IMG/VR virus record: IMGVR_UViG_3300034198_023063
Location: 1-64,000 of that record
Length of the DNA: 64,000 bases
Strand: one strand, 5' to 3'
Origin: a virus
Shown here: piece by piece, positions 53,993 to 63,507 of the stretch
Layout: the number at the start of each line of letters is the position of its first letter
How positions within the stretch are numbered: the stretch's first letter is position 1
Notes under the pieces: model-generated
Told to the model about the DNA's origin: nothing
Database searches by the model: none
The model's input: only the letters and a program-made list of their open reading frames with translations
Position numbers and translations under genes: made by a program

Positions 53993-55164
53993 GACGGCAA
54001 GCTATTTACAAGAGAAGTGAGTTGTAAGATATGTTCTTTGGGAAGCTCTGGATAATTTCCTATATACCATCCGAAACTATGGCAATGATCTGTAATAGGA
54101 AAATTAAGATAATAATTATCGAAGAGCTTTTTTAGATACGGCTGACGCAATTGATTGCCGCCTCCAGATAAACCTCTTCTAAATTCTATCCCTGCATTTT
54201 TTAAAGCTATTTCAACATTTAATGCTAGCGTTGGGCTTGGCTGTCTTAAAATAAGGGTAAATGCATAATTAGAATTTCCTTCTCTATCAAATCCTGTAAA
54301 AAATTTGGTGGGATCTAAATTATCTAAGAACAGATTTAAGTTTTCTGCTCTAATTTTATTATTTTTATCTAAATTAGGTAGCTGGTTCAAAGCTAATACG
54401 GCGTTGATTTCTGTAGACCTAAAATTATGAGCGGCCTCTAGGAATACAAAGTCTTTATTTAAATCTGGGTGTTGATTTAAAATTTTACTCTTTAGATTTT
54501 CATCAGTTGTTTCTCTTAACATTCCGTGAGAGCGGAAAGCTCTGATAAGTTGATATATATCATGATTGTTGGTGCTAATCATGCCGCCCTCAATAGAAGT
54601 CATGTGATGGGCGTAATAAAAAGAAAAATTAGAAATATCTCCAAAGGTTCCTACTTTTTGACCTTTAAATGTGGCTCCATGAGATTCGCAAACATCTTCA
54701 ATCAATAGAATATTCTTTTCCTTACATAACTTAAGAAGCTCGTCACTTAGGCCATTATATCCTAAAATGTGTATTAGCAAAATAGCTTTAGTTTTTGGAG
54801 TGATTTTAGCTTTTATTTGCTCAATATCTAAGGCTAGATTGTTAAGTGTGATGTCGCAAAATACTGGAGTGAAATCATTCTGTAAAATTGCAGCAACATC
54901 TGAAACCCAAGCCATGGGGGGTACAATAACTTCCCCGCCTTCAGGGAACATATACTTAAGATAAAGCAGGGACAACTCGTTAGCGGCGCTGCCTGAGTTT
55001 ACCATTATATTATATTTAGTCCCAAGCCATTCTCCCCACTTAGTTTCGAACTCTCTTACTTTAGAAGAGTTGGTGAGAATAGGGAGTGGATCTTGAGATA
55101 GGAAATCAATAATTGAATTCGCGTCTGATCGCGAAATATTGTTATGCATTAATGGCCATTTCAT
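53989..55164 (-). CDS. PLP-dependent NDP-4-keto-6-deoxysugar 3-dehydratase, ColD-like (DegT/DnrJ fold; 391 aa)
   Basis: VNSGSAAN, IEDVCESHGA and SFYYAHHMTSIEGG, with His at the Schiff-base Lys position. No RfbH-type Fe-S Cys cluster. Confidence 0.8.
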   Translation of the reverse strand: MKWPLMHNNISRSDANSIIDFLSQDPLPILTNSSKVREFETKWGEWLGTKYNIMVNSGSAANELSLLYLKYMFPEGGEVIVPPMAWVSDVAAILQNDFTPVFCDITLNNLALDIEQIKAKITPKTKAILLIHILGYNGLSDELLKLCKEKNILLIEDVCESHGATFKGQKVGTFGDISNFSFYYAHHMTSIEGGMISTNNHDIYQLIRAFRSHGMLRETTDENLKSKILNQHPDLNKDFVFLEAAHNFRSTEINAVLALNQLPNLDKNNKIRAENLNLFLDNLDPTKFFTGFDREGNSNYAFTLILRQPSPTLALNVEIALKNAGIEFRRGLSGGGNQLRQPYLKKLFDNYYLNFPITDHCHSFGWYIGNYPELPKEHILQLTSLVNSLPS

Positions 55165-55179
55165 ACAGTATTAGTTTTA

Positions 55180-55974
55180 TTAAGTTAAAGAATTAGATAT
55201 TTCTAAAAACTTTGTTCTTTTTTCTATTATCTCTTTTAGAAGAGAGCTAACGCCATCGGGCGGACAATATCTTCTGTGCAACGCGTTACGATTAGAAGCC
55301 ATTCTTTTGGTTCCTGAATCTGATTCCATAGTTTTATTATGAATGGATTTATGTAAAATATTAATTTTTTCTCTATAATTTAAAATAGTAAATTTATTAG
55401 ATTCTTTTGCAAGTTTATATAATTTTACATCACCTTCCCACGTTGGATATTCTCTAGGGTAAAATTCTCCCAAATCAAAGCAGTAATTAGAAGAAAGAAT
55501 AGGAAAACAACAGCATTCAAATATTTCTTCTTCGTGTATTCGTTTGTTTTGTTTCCAGTGGGTGTCGTCAGATATAGAAATATAATAATATTTATTAGAT
55601 AAAAAATCAGACTGAAATTTTTGAGAATAAATTATTTTTTCAAGTTCTAAATCCCAATTTTTAGTATCGATAGAGCAATCATTTCCTAAAATCCATTTAA
55701 AATAAGATTGCTCGCTAAGATCTAACCCGAGGCTGTAATAGTGGTTAGGAAGGTCTAATGATTTTTCCTGTTTTCTAGATATAAATTTAAATTCATAAGA
55801 AAGTTTTAGAGCTGTTTTTTGAAAAAGGTTTATTGTTTCTATATCGTCATGATCGCAAACTCCAACAACATCTATTTTTTCTTTGTTTTTTGTAAATTTT
55901 TCTATAGACAAGAGTAATTGCTCAGTGGAATCTAATCTAGATCTGGCAGGAAAAATAATTGATACGGTATTCAT
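55180..55974 (-). CDS. GT-A (GT2-like) glycosyltransferase (264 aa)
   Basis: VSIIFPARSR...CDHDD, WILGND, CFPILS, WEGD. Confidence 0.65.
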   Translation of the reverse strand: MNTVSIIFPARSRLDSTEQLLLSIEKFTKNKEKIDVVGVCDHDDIETINLFQKTALKLSYEFKFISRKQEKSLDLPNHYYSLGLDLSEQSYFKWILGNDCSIDTKNWDLELEKIIYSQKFQSDFLSNKYYYISISDDTHWKQNKRIHEEEIFECCCFPILSSNYCFDLGEFYPREYPTWEGDVKLYKLAKESNKFTILNYREKINILHKSIHNKTMESDSGTKRMASNRNALHRRYCPPDGVSSLLKEIIEKRTKFLEISNSLT

Positions 55975-55980
55975 AATATA

Positions 55981-56952
55981 TTAAAAAAAACTACATTTTA
56001 TAGTTTCGTAATCTAGCTGTTCTTTTGTTAAATAAAGATTATTTTTTAAGAACTGCTTTAATCTTTCTGGATCTTTAGATTTACCGTCTGGATGATAGCA
56101 TTCAGGACGATGAGGAAGAATTCTATTGCATTCTTCATACCCAAAACCGCATTCAACAGCTTCTGGATCTTGTACGATTTTAAAAATTGTTTCAGGAGCG
56201 GGAGCAATAAAAGTATGGCACCAAGCTGGAAATTGCACTAATTCTGGCCTAAATCCAGAACTTGCGCCATCCATGCTTGTTTGATGGTGCGCAATGACAT
56301 CTTTATGAGCAATAAATTTCTTATTAACACTAGCACATAAATAAGAAAAAACAGATTCCGTACAGCAAGAAGCGAAAATATCGGGTATTAATTTTTGATT
56401 AAAATTTTCGTATAAAGAATGATCAAATATTTGACAATGCAAATTTAAAGTTTTGCCTATTGGAATAATTAAATGATCGTTTTTGAAAAGAGAACCTTGA
56501 ATAGATTCGTCATTAGAAAATTGACTTTCATTAAACCATACGAATGCCCCGCTGTCAGAATCTGTCCTTGAGCAAGTCATTGCATATTCTTTAGAACAAT
56601 GCAAACTATAAAGCTTTTCTATAGCGTTTAAATCATGCTCAAGGCTTATTCCTGAATCGATATATAAATATCCACTAAATGGCCCAAATCTTTTAACGCA
56701 TTCTTGGGCTGTTTTATTAAATGTTACGTTTACTGGAAGCTTTTCATCTATAAAACAATAATTTATTAAATCACCAAAAGAATCTCTTAAGTAGTTTTTA
56801 GTGTTTTCGCTATTAAGGCACGAAGACACTACTATTTTTATATTTTTTTTAGTTTGATTTAAAAAACTAGTTATTGAATTTTTATAATAGAAAATATTTT
56901 CTCTTCCAGAAATGCCGCATGTATTATATACTAGTAAAAGATCGTTATTCAT
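55981..56952 (-). CDS. Putative GT-A glycosyltransferase (323 aa)
   Basis: SITSFLNQT, IVVSSC, NVTFN, YLYIDSG; located in the GT cluster. Confidence 0.6.
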   Translation of the reverse strand: MNNDLLLVYNTCGISGRENIFYYKNSITSFLNQTKKNIKIVVSSCLNSENTKNYLRDSFGDLINYCFIDEKLPVNVTFNKTAQECVKRFGPFSGYLYIDSGISLEHDLNAIEKLYSLHCSKEYAMTCSRTDSDSGAFVWFNESQFSNDESIQGSLFKNDHLIIPIGKTLNLHCQIFDHSLYENFNQKLIPDIFASCCTESVFSYLCASVNKKFIAHKDVIAHHQTSMDGASSGFRPELVQFPAWCHTFIAPAPETIFKIVQDPEAVECGFGYEECNRILPHRPECYHPDGKSKDPERLKQFLKNNLYLTKEQLDYETIKCSFF

Positions 56953-57692
56953 AGTTGAAAATTATATGTTGTATTTGGTAAATGGGAAATAGAAACTAAA
57001 GATTTAAAAATTGACTCATCGTAATTATCAAAACTTAAATTGCTTTTTTCTGAATTAAATTTTTGATTGCATTCCATATAAATATCTGGGCCTAATTTTT
57101 CCGTTGGTCTTTCGCCGTTTATCATCTCTTCGTAGAATCCGAGCCAATGATCAACCCAATGATGAATGAAACATGTATTAAATATTACATTTTCCATGTG
57201 TTTTTCTATAGATAGTCTTTCTATAGCAAAAAAATGCCATACATTATAGGGTCTTCCATTTTTAATTGAGCAAAGCGGATTGTCTGGCCATATATTTCCA
57301 GTATGGCGCTTTATCCTTTTATCGTAATAATTTTTTTCTGGACCACCTAGATGATGTGTTAAATTGCATATTCTAAAATCTAAACTTTGAAAATCATCAT
57401 TAGAAAAATAGTCTTTTATTTTTAGAAAATCTTGCTTTACGCAATGGTCATCTGGTAAAATTATAACGTAATCGTTTTGAGATTCTTTGTACGCTTTATT
57501 AAAACCATAAACAGATCCATTATTTTTGTCGTCTTCAACCCATTTTATATTTGAGCTTTCTTTTATTTTATTTTTGGAACAGACAATTATTTCATAATTA
57601 GAATCATCCAAATCTGTTATTGATTTAATAGTATTTTCTAAAGCAAAATTCGATTTGTTGCTGGCTATAATATAAGATAGTTTGTTTTTCAT
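56949..57692 (-). CDS. GT-A (GT2-like) glycosyltransferase (247 aa)
   Basis: LSYIIAS, YEIIVCS, GSVYGFNKAY, VIILPDDH, IFNTCFIHHWVDHWL. Confidence 0.75.
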   Translation of the reverse strand: MKNKLSYIIASNKSNFALENTIKSITDLDDSNYEIIVCSKNKIKESSNIKWVEDDKNNGSVYGFNKAYKESQNDYVIILPDDHCVKQDFLKIKDYFSNDDFQSLDFRICNLTHHLGGPEKNYYDKRIKRHTGNIWPDNPLCSIKNGRPYNVWHFFAIERLSIEKHMENVIFNTCFIHHWVDHWLGFYEEMINGERPTEKLGPDIYMECNQKFNSEKSNLSFDNYDESIFKSLVSISHLPNTTYNFQL

Positions 57693-58406
57693 TCAATCCT
57701 CTCTTTCATTATAGCAAAGAGTGTTATTTTTAAAAAATTTCTTTACGAGTTTTTCGTAAGTTTCGAAATCTTTCGAATCATTAACTGTATAAGACGTTGG
57801 TTTTTCAGAAATTCTATTTAAAGAAGATCCAAGACAAAAAATTGGCTCGCCATCTATTTTAGATATAAAAAAAGGCAAAAAGTTATCAGCGTAATGATGC
57901 AAGAAAGATTGATTAAAAATCACTCCTTGGAGATAATTTTCAACTGTTTCTCTATCAAATACTGGATATCCCATGATCATTTCGGTCGGCTCGTTATATA
58001 TATTTTCAATGGGTGGTATTCTTGTGGCTGTTAATTTATTTAAATTTAAAGGGGCTCCTATAGCTGTTATTTTTAATTTTCTATTGTTAAAAATGTTAGA
58101 TTTTAATAATTCTATGGCGTCTAAACAACCATCTGAAAGTTTATGATCGTCATTTAAAATAAAAATATATTTGCCTTTAGACGCTTTGTACATTTCATTA
58201 TAGCACTTAACAGTATTCCCATATTTTTTATTAGTATCTATTATATTAATTATTCTATCGTCTTTTATTTGTTCGAATGAAGATATAATTATTTCAAAAG
58301 AATATTTTTTATAATGATTGGTGGTAGTGTCGATAATATTATCTACTACTTTTTTACATAAAACATCATAATTTTCGCCATTTACTATAAGAAAAGAAAT
58401 ATCCAT
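57693..58406 (-). CDS. GT-A (GT2-like) glycosyltransferase, paralog of 56949..57692 (237 aa)
   Basis: ISFLIV, FEIIISS, CYNEMYKASKG, FILNDDH, IFNQSFLHHYADNFL. Confidence 0.75.
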   Translation of the reverse strand: MDISFLIVNGENYDVLCKKVVDNIIDTTTNHYKKYSFEIIISSFEQIKDDRIINIIDTNKKYGNTVKCYNEMYKASKGKYIFILNDDHKLSDGCLDAIELLKSNIFNNRKLKITAIGAPLNLNKLTATRIPPIENIYNEPTEMIMGYPVFDRETVENYLQGVIFNQSFLHHYADNFLPFFISKIDGEPIFCLGSSLNRISEKPTSYTVNDSKDFETYEKLVKKFFKNNTLCYNERED

Positions 58407-58407
58407 A

Positions 58408-59304
58408 TTATTTTGCGGTTATAATTTCAATAAGATTTTTAGCTTTTTCTTTATGTATGTTGCTGGAATGTTTTAATTTATAATTCCTGAGAGAATTGAG
58501 TCTTTTCTGTATTAATTTTTCTCTATTGGAGCAAATATCAGTTATTTGATTTATTTCATTATAATTTATAGAATTTAATTTATTACAATATTCATCCATT
58601 CCCCATCCGTCCGAAACAATCAGGCAAAGACCAAAAGACATAGCGTTAGTTAAAGAGCAGGAGTGGACTTGTCTTGATGGAAGTAAGAAAATATCTGATT
58701 TATAGTATAGTTCTTGAAGTTCATTTTCTGAAATATATTCTTTGATTATATTTACTTTATCTGGGAATAGATTTTTGCATTTTAGATTTTTATTAGTTCT
58801 AAAAGTCAAATTAATATTAATATTATTTTGAAGAAGATAACATGCTATGTCATCCACTTTATCTCCGCCTCTTTCGAAAAAATTATTATCGTTTATGTCT
58901 ATCCAGCTACCCCAAGCTATAAGATTAATAGGCCTATCAGATTTTAAAGATTCTATATTTTGTAAAATAATAGAATAGTTTTTATCTGGAGAAGATAAGT
59001 CTAGATGATATGTATTGCAATTATATTTTTCAAATACTTGCTCGCATGTGTTTTTTATATGACTAATAAAACCGAGAAAATTTTTATTGTTTATGATTTC
59101 TTCTCTTCGAAAAGTTTTGAATTCTTCTAAATATAGAAAAAATGGTTTTTTATAAAACTCTTCGTTTGAATAAAATGGCAAATTCATGCCAGAATGAGGG
59201 TCGTCAAGTCCTATAATATTGCAATCAAAGTCTATACTTTTAAAAGTATTTCTTAATACATTATATAAAGTATGATCGTTTTTAATTGCGAAAATGTTTA
59301 TCAT
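58408..59304 (-). CDS. GT-B (GT4-like) glycosyltransferase, atypical
   Basis: RGG, ISENELQELYYKSDIFLLPS...AMSFGLCLIVSD. Start moved to the ATG at 59304, 1 nt after the upstream stop. Confidence 0.65.
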   Translation of the reverse strand: MINIFAIKNDHTLYNVLRNTFKSIDFDCNIIGLDDPHSGMNLPFYSNEEFYKKPFFLYLEEFKTFRREEIINNKNFLGFISHIKNTCEQVFEKYNCNTYHLDLSSPDKNYSIILQNIESLKSDRPINLIAWGSWIDINDNNFFERGGDKVDDIACYLLQNNININLTFRTNKNLKCKNLFPDKVNIIKEYISENELQELYYKSDIFLLPSRQVHSCSLTNAMSFGLCLIVSDGWGMDEYCNKLNSINYNEINQITDICSNREKLIQKRLNSLRNYKLKHSSNIHKEKAKNLIEIITAK

Positions 59305-59305
59305 A

Positions 59306-59836
59306 TTATTTTTCGTTGTAAAAATCTCCCCATTCAACTAAAATTGTAGATTTGCCATCTGTTCTATTCAAGGCTTTCTCATAAGCAGGAAATATGTCTT
59401 CAGGCTCATCTAGCCTAATAACGTCAATATTAGACAGCATCAATTTAAAAGCCTCTGTAAAATCTCCAACATGTTGATGCTGGGGGTGCATTGGGCGGAT
59501 AGATCCAATTCCTGTTCTAATTATAGCTTTTGTTTTATAATCAGAAATCATTTGGATCTTGTCAAGATGACTAACTACTTGGTTGGTCGCCAATAAAAAG
59601 AAATTCCATCTTGGATAAATGCTGATTGGTATTTTTCCAGATAAAGCAAGCCCATTTGTGATTCCAGCTTGTAAGTCTTCGCAAACTGGAAGCTCTAGTT
59701 TCTTAGAATCTGGAACATCTTTCAGGGTATTAGTCATTGCAGTCCCAGCGTATTCAACGGCCTGACCAATAAAAATAGTGTCTGGATGAGAAGCCAGAAA
59801 ATTCATTGATCTTTTTAATTCGTCAAAATATTTCAT
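59306..59836 (-). CDS. Truncated TPP-dependent E1-beta/transketolase pyrimidine-binding subunit (176 aa)
   Basis: IFIGQAV, ELPVCEDLQAGITNGLAL, QVVSHLDK, HPQHQH. The C-terminal domain of canonical E1-beta is absent. Confidence 0.85.
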   Translation of the reverse strand: MKYFDELKRSMNFLASHPDTIFIGQAVEYAGTAMTNTLKDVPDSKKLELPVCEDLQAGITNGLALSGKIPISIYPRWNFFLLATNQVVSHLDKIQMISDYKTKAIIRTGIGSIRPMHPQHQHVGDFTEAFKLMLSNIDVIRLDEPEDIFPAYEKALNRTDGKSTILVEWGDFYNEK

Positions 59837-59837
59837 A

Positions 59838-60446
59838 TTAAAATTGAACTCTTTGCCCAGCGCCAGCGTGGGGCCATTTAGTTTCGTACTTATAGTAGTG
59901 AATGTATTTGTTATAAACTCCTTCGTAAGTTAATCTAATTGAATTCCATGTTTTTTTAGTATCTGTGCATACGGATTTTCCATTGTCCTCAATAATGAAT
60001 CTTACTGGAAGATCGTGATTTTTAACATATTTATAGCATTCTTCAAAAGATCCAGTTTCAGATGTCATGTCTCCTACGAAACAATGTATTTTTTCTGAAG
60101 ATCCATTTCTTTTAGAAGCTATTCCAAGGCCGACTGCTATAGGTAATATTCCAGTCACAATAGCGGAAGAAAACACTTTATATTCAGGAAAGCAAAGAGA
60201 AATAGATTTGCCATCCATAATACTTTGTTTGACTTGATCTTGAGGGACTCCCTTTAGAAGGCATTGATAATGACTTCTCCAAGTACAAAGAACCCAATCT
60301 TCATCTTTTATATCTTGAAAAACATTTATAATGCTATCTTCGTTTCCATTATATAGATGAACTGGAGATTTTATTTTGCCAGAATTAAATTCTTTGGCAA
60401 TATCTTCTTCAAATTCAATCAATTCTTCTTTTGAATATTTTTTCAT
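59838..60446 (-). CDS. Short TPP-dependent E1-alpha-like subunit (202 aa)
   Basis: PVHLYNGNE, TWRSHYQCL, SAIVTG, variant TPP motif GDMTSETG...IIEDN, C-terminal HAG. Confidence 0.85.
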   Translation of the reverse strand: MKKYSKEELIEFEEDIAKEFNSGKIKSPVHLYNGNEDSIINVFQDIKDEDWVLCTWRSHYQCLLKGVPQDQVKQSIMDGKSISLCFPEYKVFSSAIVTGILPIAVGLGIASKRNGSSEKIHCFVGDMTSETGSFEECYKYVKNHDLPVRFIIEDNGKSVCTDTKKTWNSIRLTYEGVYNKYIHYYKYETKWPHAGAGQRVQF

Positions 60447-61967
60447 TTAATTGTAAATTTTACGTTTGAGTTTTACTTGTAACATATTTTTGATATTTTC
60501 ACAAGCCCTTATTCCAAATTTATTTTTTATCTTTTCTAAAAATTTTGAATCGTTATGATATTCTTCGAAAGCTAAATCTCTAAATTTTAAAATTTCAGCA
60601 GCGCTCAAAGTTTCTGTAGGAAGAGGCATAGTGTCGTATCCATGAAAAGAAAACGCTTCATACTTATCTGGAACTTGTATGTTTTTAGATATAGCGTCTT
60701 TGTAAAGTTGGCTGCCGGGAAGAGCCATTGCTGCGTAGGCATTCCAACCTGCTGTGCAAAGTTCTTTTGAGAACTCTAAAGTCTTTCTCATACTTTCTAA
60801 AGTATCTCCGGGAAGTCCAAAAATATAATTAGCCATTACTTCTATTCCAGAATCGTGGACTTGAGATATTACTTTTCTTATGTCAACTTCTTCGAATTTT
60901 CCTTTAGATACTTCTAGTCTTACTGATTTTTCTGCGCTTTCTATGCCAAGAGCAAGCCATCTGATTCCAGCAGATCTAACTAGCTTTAAAAGCTCTGGAT
61001 TGCGTACAGTATCTATTCTTGAATAAGCCCACATCATTAAATCTTTACCGTATCCACGATCTCTAAGCATTTCACATAAAGGGGCATAAAATTTTTTATT
61101 GAGTAAGAACATTTCGTCAGTTATTTTTATTGTTCTAACTCCCATGGAATATAGTTTGTCAAACTCTTTAATTATAAATTCAGGAGTCCAATACCTCATT
61201 CCACTATATTTACCAGCAACGCCTACTTCTTCATTATCATTTCTATTGATAATATTTATCATGCAGAAATTACATGCGAATTGGCATCCTAGAGAAGTTT
61301 GAATTGCTGCGTAAGGAGTCCTTTTCGATTCGTCATATTCAGAATGCCATAGCGGAGATCTATACAAGTCGAGAGGAGATTTATCAAATGGCAAGAGATC
61401 CCAAGCGTATCCCGGTAAATCTATATCCATTCTGTCGTTTGGAACAACTTTTTCTGGAGGATTTATTGTTACTACTCCATTTTTTCTCCAAACTATGCCT
61501 TTAATTTCTTCTAAGTTAGAAAAATCATTTAAAGCAGCAAGATTTCTTATGGCATAAACACCTTCATTTGTGCAAGCGAAATCTATAGACTCTTCTTCTT
61601 TTAAGCATTTAATAGGAAGAGCTTGGACATAAGAGCCGATATAGCAAATTGGAATTTTTACATTTTTTGATTTTAAAAATTTAGAAACAAAAACAGCTCC
61701 AGACATATTTACTGTCCCAGCATTTACATTTTGCCCGTATACGACAAAACATAAAAGCTTGGGTTTCAGTTCATTTATTCTGTCTAGAATAGACTCGTTG
61801 CTAAGTCTTTCGGCGTTGATATCTAATATTCCGACTTTAAATCCGATTGACCTACAAGATTCAGCCAATAATAATGCCCAAGTAGGAGGTTCTATTGCAG
61901 AATAAGATTCAGAAAGACTTTGATAAATTCCAGAAGAGTTGCCGGGAGATATGAATAGTATGTCCAT
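60447..61967 (-). CDS. Cobalamin-binding radical SAM enzyme (class B methyltransferase-like)
   Basis: N-terminal B12-binding domain (EPPTW, LDINAE, EGV), CQFACNFC, GIES, YIFGLPGDT, ALPGSQLY. Start likely the ATG at 61967. Confidence 0.9.
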   Translation of the reverse strand: MDILFISPGNSSGIYQSLSESYSAIEPPTWALLLAESCRSIGFKVGILDINAERLSNESILDRINELKPKLLCFVVYGQNVNAGTVNMSGAVFVSKFLKSKNVKIPICYIGSYVQALPIKCLKEEESIDFACTNEGVYAIRNLAALNDFSNLEEIKGIVWRKNGVVTINPPEKVVPNDRMDIDLPGYAWDLLPFDKSPLDLYRSPLWHSEYDESKRTPYAAIQTSLGCQFACNFCMINIINRNDNEEVGVAGKYSGMRYWTPEFIIKEFDKLYSMGVRTIKITDEMFLLNKKFYAPLCEMLRDRGYGKDLMMWAYSRIDTVRNPELLKLVRSAGIRWLALGIESAEKSVRLEVSKGKFEEVDIRKVISQVHDSGIEVMANYIFGLPGDTLESMRKTLEFSKELCTAGWNAYAAMALPGSQLYKDAISKNIQVPDKYEAFSFHGYDTMPLPTETLSAAEILKFRDLAFEEYHNDSKFLEKIKNKFGIRACENIKNMLQVKLKRKIYN

Positions 61968-61969
61968 AA

Positions 61970-62575
61970 TTATAATTGTTTTATCCAAGTATTAAATCCA
62001 ATAAGCTCAATATCATATCCAAAATGATCAAAAGTAGCTTGAATAACCCCTTGATGTCTTGGCGGGTTTCCAGTGCAATCTTTATTTAAAATATTAGGAT
62101 CTTTTGTTTCGTTAACAAATTCAAATCCTTCAAAATCATGACCGCATAAAAAACCTCCTTTTTTAACTTTTGGAATACATAACTTAATATCAGAATATAC
62201 GCTATCATATGCGTGGTCGGCGTCTATAAAGCAAATATCTAAAGAGTTATCTGGTATTAAAGGAATCATGTCTTGACTTTTGCCATCTTTTATTTCAATT
62301 ATATCAAGATATTCAGAAAGATTGGTTTTGAATTGTTTCAAAATTAATTCATGATTATCTTCATTATACCCATGCGGTCCTACTACGTTAAGATTTCCTT
62401 TAAACCAGTCTACTATATATATTTTTCCTTTATTTTTTTTTATTGTTTTTACATAGCCAATCGTTGTAGAGCCATCGAAAGAACCAATTTCAGCAACTGT
62501 GATTCCGTTTTTTGCATTTTTATGTATTAAATTAGTAAAAGCAAAATTTTGCTCTGTTATAAAATTTTTTATCAT
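61970..62575 (-). CDS. Class I SAM-dependent methyltransferase (Methyltransf_24-like; 201 aa)
   Basis: AEIGSFDGSTT, VDWF, FIDADHAYDSV..D, GGFLCGHDF. Confidence 0.85.
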   Translation of the reverse strand: MIKNFITEQNFAFTNLIHKNAKNGITVAEIGSFDGSTTIGYVKTIKKNKGKIYIVDWFKGNLNVVGPHGYNEDNHELILKQFKTNLSEYLDIIEIKDGKSQDMIPLIPDNSLDICFIDADHAYDSVYSDIKLCIPKVKKGGFLCGHDFEGFEFVNETKDPNILNKDCTGNPPRHQGVIQATFDHFGYDIELIGFNTWIKQL

Positions 62576-63507
62576 AGATTTGTGAAATCTTTATTTTTAT
62601 ATTTTATTATTTGTTGATATCCACAAATCAACTCACTGATTCCAGCCTCTAAAGAAAAATTTGGGCTCCATCCGTAAGACTCTATCTTTTCGTTTGATAC
62701 CCTATAATTCCTTTGATCGAAATCTTTTTTAAATTCATTTTGAACAATAACTAGTTCAGGAACAAATTTTTTGATCGTTTCAACGAGTTGTAGTTTATTA
62801 AGATTAGCGTCAGAAAGACCAACATTAAAAGCGTTGTTGTTGCAATTCAGATAGCGATTAACCATGAAAGAAAATGCTTTGGCTACGTCTCTGACATGAA
62901 TATAGTTTCTTATAAAATGAGATTCAAAAAGAACCAAATAACCATCAGTTAATGATTTATATACCAAATCGTTAACAAGAAGATCCATTCTCATTCTGTA
63001 AGACATTCCAAAAACTGTGGCAAGCCTTAGCGCTATTCCATTTCCAGAGTCTAATAGAGCTTTTTCTGCATCACATTTAGTTTCAGCGTAAAGAGAAAGA
63101 GGTTTAAATGGACTACTTTCAGTAATAATTTCAGTAGAAGACCCATACTGGCTATTAGTATTCGGCAATATGATTCTGTGTCTAGGGCTAGAGAATTTAA
63201 TTACATTTTTTATTTGATTAAGATTAATGTCTATAGCTGCTTGAGGATTAACTTTGCAAGCTGGCATCCCAACTATTGCAGCTAGTGGAATAACAACTTC
63301 GTTCTCTTTTACAAACTTTTCCAAAAGCGCGGAATTTCTTACGTCGCCAAGAATAAACTTAAAAGATTTGTTGTGAAAAAATCCACTCAGAGAAAGTTGG
63401 TTGTAACATAAATTATCCAAAACTGTTACCTCATGCCCTTCTTTGAGTAAGGTTTCAGTAAGCACTGATCCTAAATAGCCAGCTCCTCCTGTAATTAAAA
63501 TTTTCAT
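62572..63507 (-). CDS. NAD(P)-dependent nucleotide-sugar epimerase/reductase (extended SDR; 311 aa)
   Basis: ITGGAGYLGS, LAAIVG, YAETK, LRLATVFG, RNYIHVRD. Confidence 0.9.
   Translation of the reverse strand: MKILITGGAGYLGSVLTETLLKEGHEVTVLDNLCYNQLSLSGFFHNKSFKFILGDVRNSALLEKFVKENEVVIPLAAIVGMPACKVNPQAAIDINLNQIKNVIKFSSPRHRIILPNTNSQYGSSTEIITESSPFKPLSLYAETKCDAEKALLDSGNGIALRLATVFGMSYRMRMDLLVNDLVYKSLTDGYLVLFESHFIRNYIHVRDVAKAFSFMVNRYLNCNNNAFNVGLSDANLNKLQLVETIKKFVPELVIVQNEFKKDFDQRNYRVSNEKIESYGWSPNFSLEAGISELICGYQQIIKYKNKDFTNL

Noticed and set aside
53989-55164. Perosamine synthase-type aminotransferase or RfbH (E1) dehydrase
   Set aside because: The Schiff-base Lys is replaced by His, arguing against a standard aminotransferase, and the RfbH Fe-S Cys cluster is absent.
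59306-60446. Pyruvate dehydrogenase auxiliary metabolic genes
   Set aside because: Subunits are truncated, no E2/E3 is in the window, and the context is nucleotide-sugar biosynthesis.
1126-61504. Numerous short nested or antisense ORFs in the track (e.g. 1126..1437, 4651..5121, 36654..37061, 37334..37681, 39459..39908)
   Set aside because: Fully overlapped by long, motif-supported genes, with no recognisable motifs or expression signals.
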